From: Octopus bimaculoides
Lineage: Eukaryota
DNA length: 64,000 nucleotides
Reading direction: 5' to 3'
Assembly: GCF_001194135.2 (NCBI RefSeq)
Contig: NC_068984.1
Location: 48,850,270-48,914,269 of the forward strand
The notes below the pieces were generated by a model, which saw nothing but the letters and a program-made list of their open reading frames with translations, searched no databases and was not told the origin of the DNA. This document shows, in pieces, positions 63,795 through 64,000 of the stretch. The translations under genes were made by a program, and so were the position numbers. Every line of letters begins with the position of its first letter. Within the stretch, counting starts at the first letter, position 1.

Positions 63795-64000
63795 TATGTA
63801 TATATATATATATATAAACACTGATGCATAGGCACTGATAAACTTTCATCAACAAATTGCTAAACAGCTTAAATTGACTAATACTTACGGAGCGTTTACA
63901 CATTGTGTATATTATGCTATGGGGTACAAATATGTTTATGTCAATGAAGATCTTGCAAATGTAAACGATATTAACTATAAATGAACAAATATTTTGTAGT

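Noticed and set aside
1-64000. CRISPR arrays, rRNA genes, operon-like or prokaryotic systems
   Set aside because: None seen; the sequence is metazoan repeat-rich DNA with no repeat-spacer architecture or rRNA similarity.

Overview
Eukaryotic, very AT-rich, repeat-saturated non-coding DNA: an intergenic region or a very large intron. The SINE families, (TA)n-flanked assembly gaps and LINE/PLE content suggest an octopus genome (inference, not proven). I could not support any host protein-coding gene. Most long ORFs in the supplied track are artefacts of N-gaps and microsatellites. Contents: ~20 tRNA-head/CORE-like SINE copies or fragments of at least 5 tail types; a tRNA-Gln(TTG) variant or pseudogene; two Penelope-like fragments (GIY-YIG end and RT start); a HERO-like RLE LINE; a same-strand cluster of four R4/Dong-like RLE LINE pieces (51.4-58.3 kb); degraded RTE and CR1/L2-type LINE relics; a mariner 5' fragment, a mariner MITE and a hAT MITE; a DD37D (maT) and a DD36E (Incomer-type) Tc1/mariner element. 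About 5 kb is N in 16 gaps. Best second-look items: the DD36E element in an apparent mollusc; a 183-bp spacerless fold-back at 46.5 kb; an exact 85-bp templated copy of a LINE's own 3' end inside its RT; and hammerhead-core-like motifs at 6.1 kb and 56.2 kb. All translations and alignments were done by eye; family assignments rest on remembered motifs, not database searches. I did not find a convincing novel multi-gene system.
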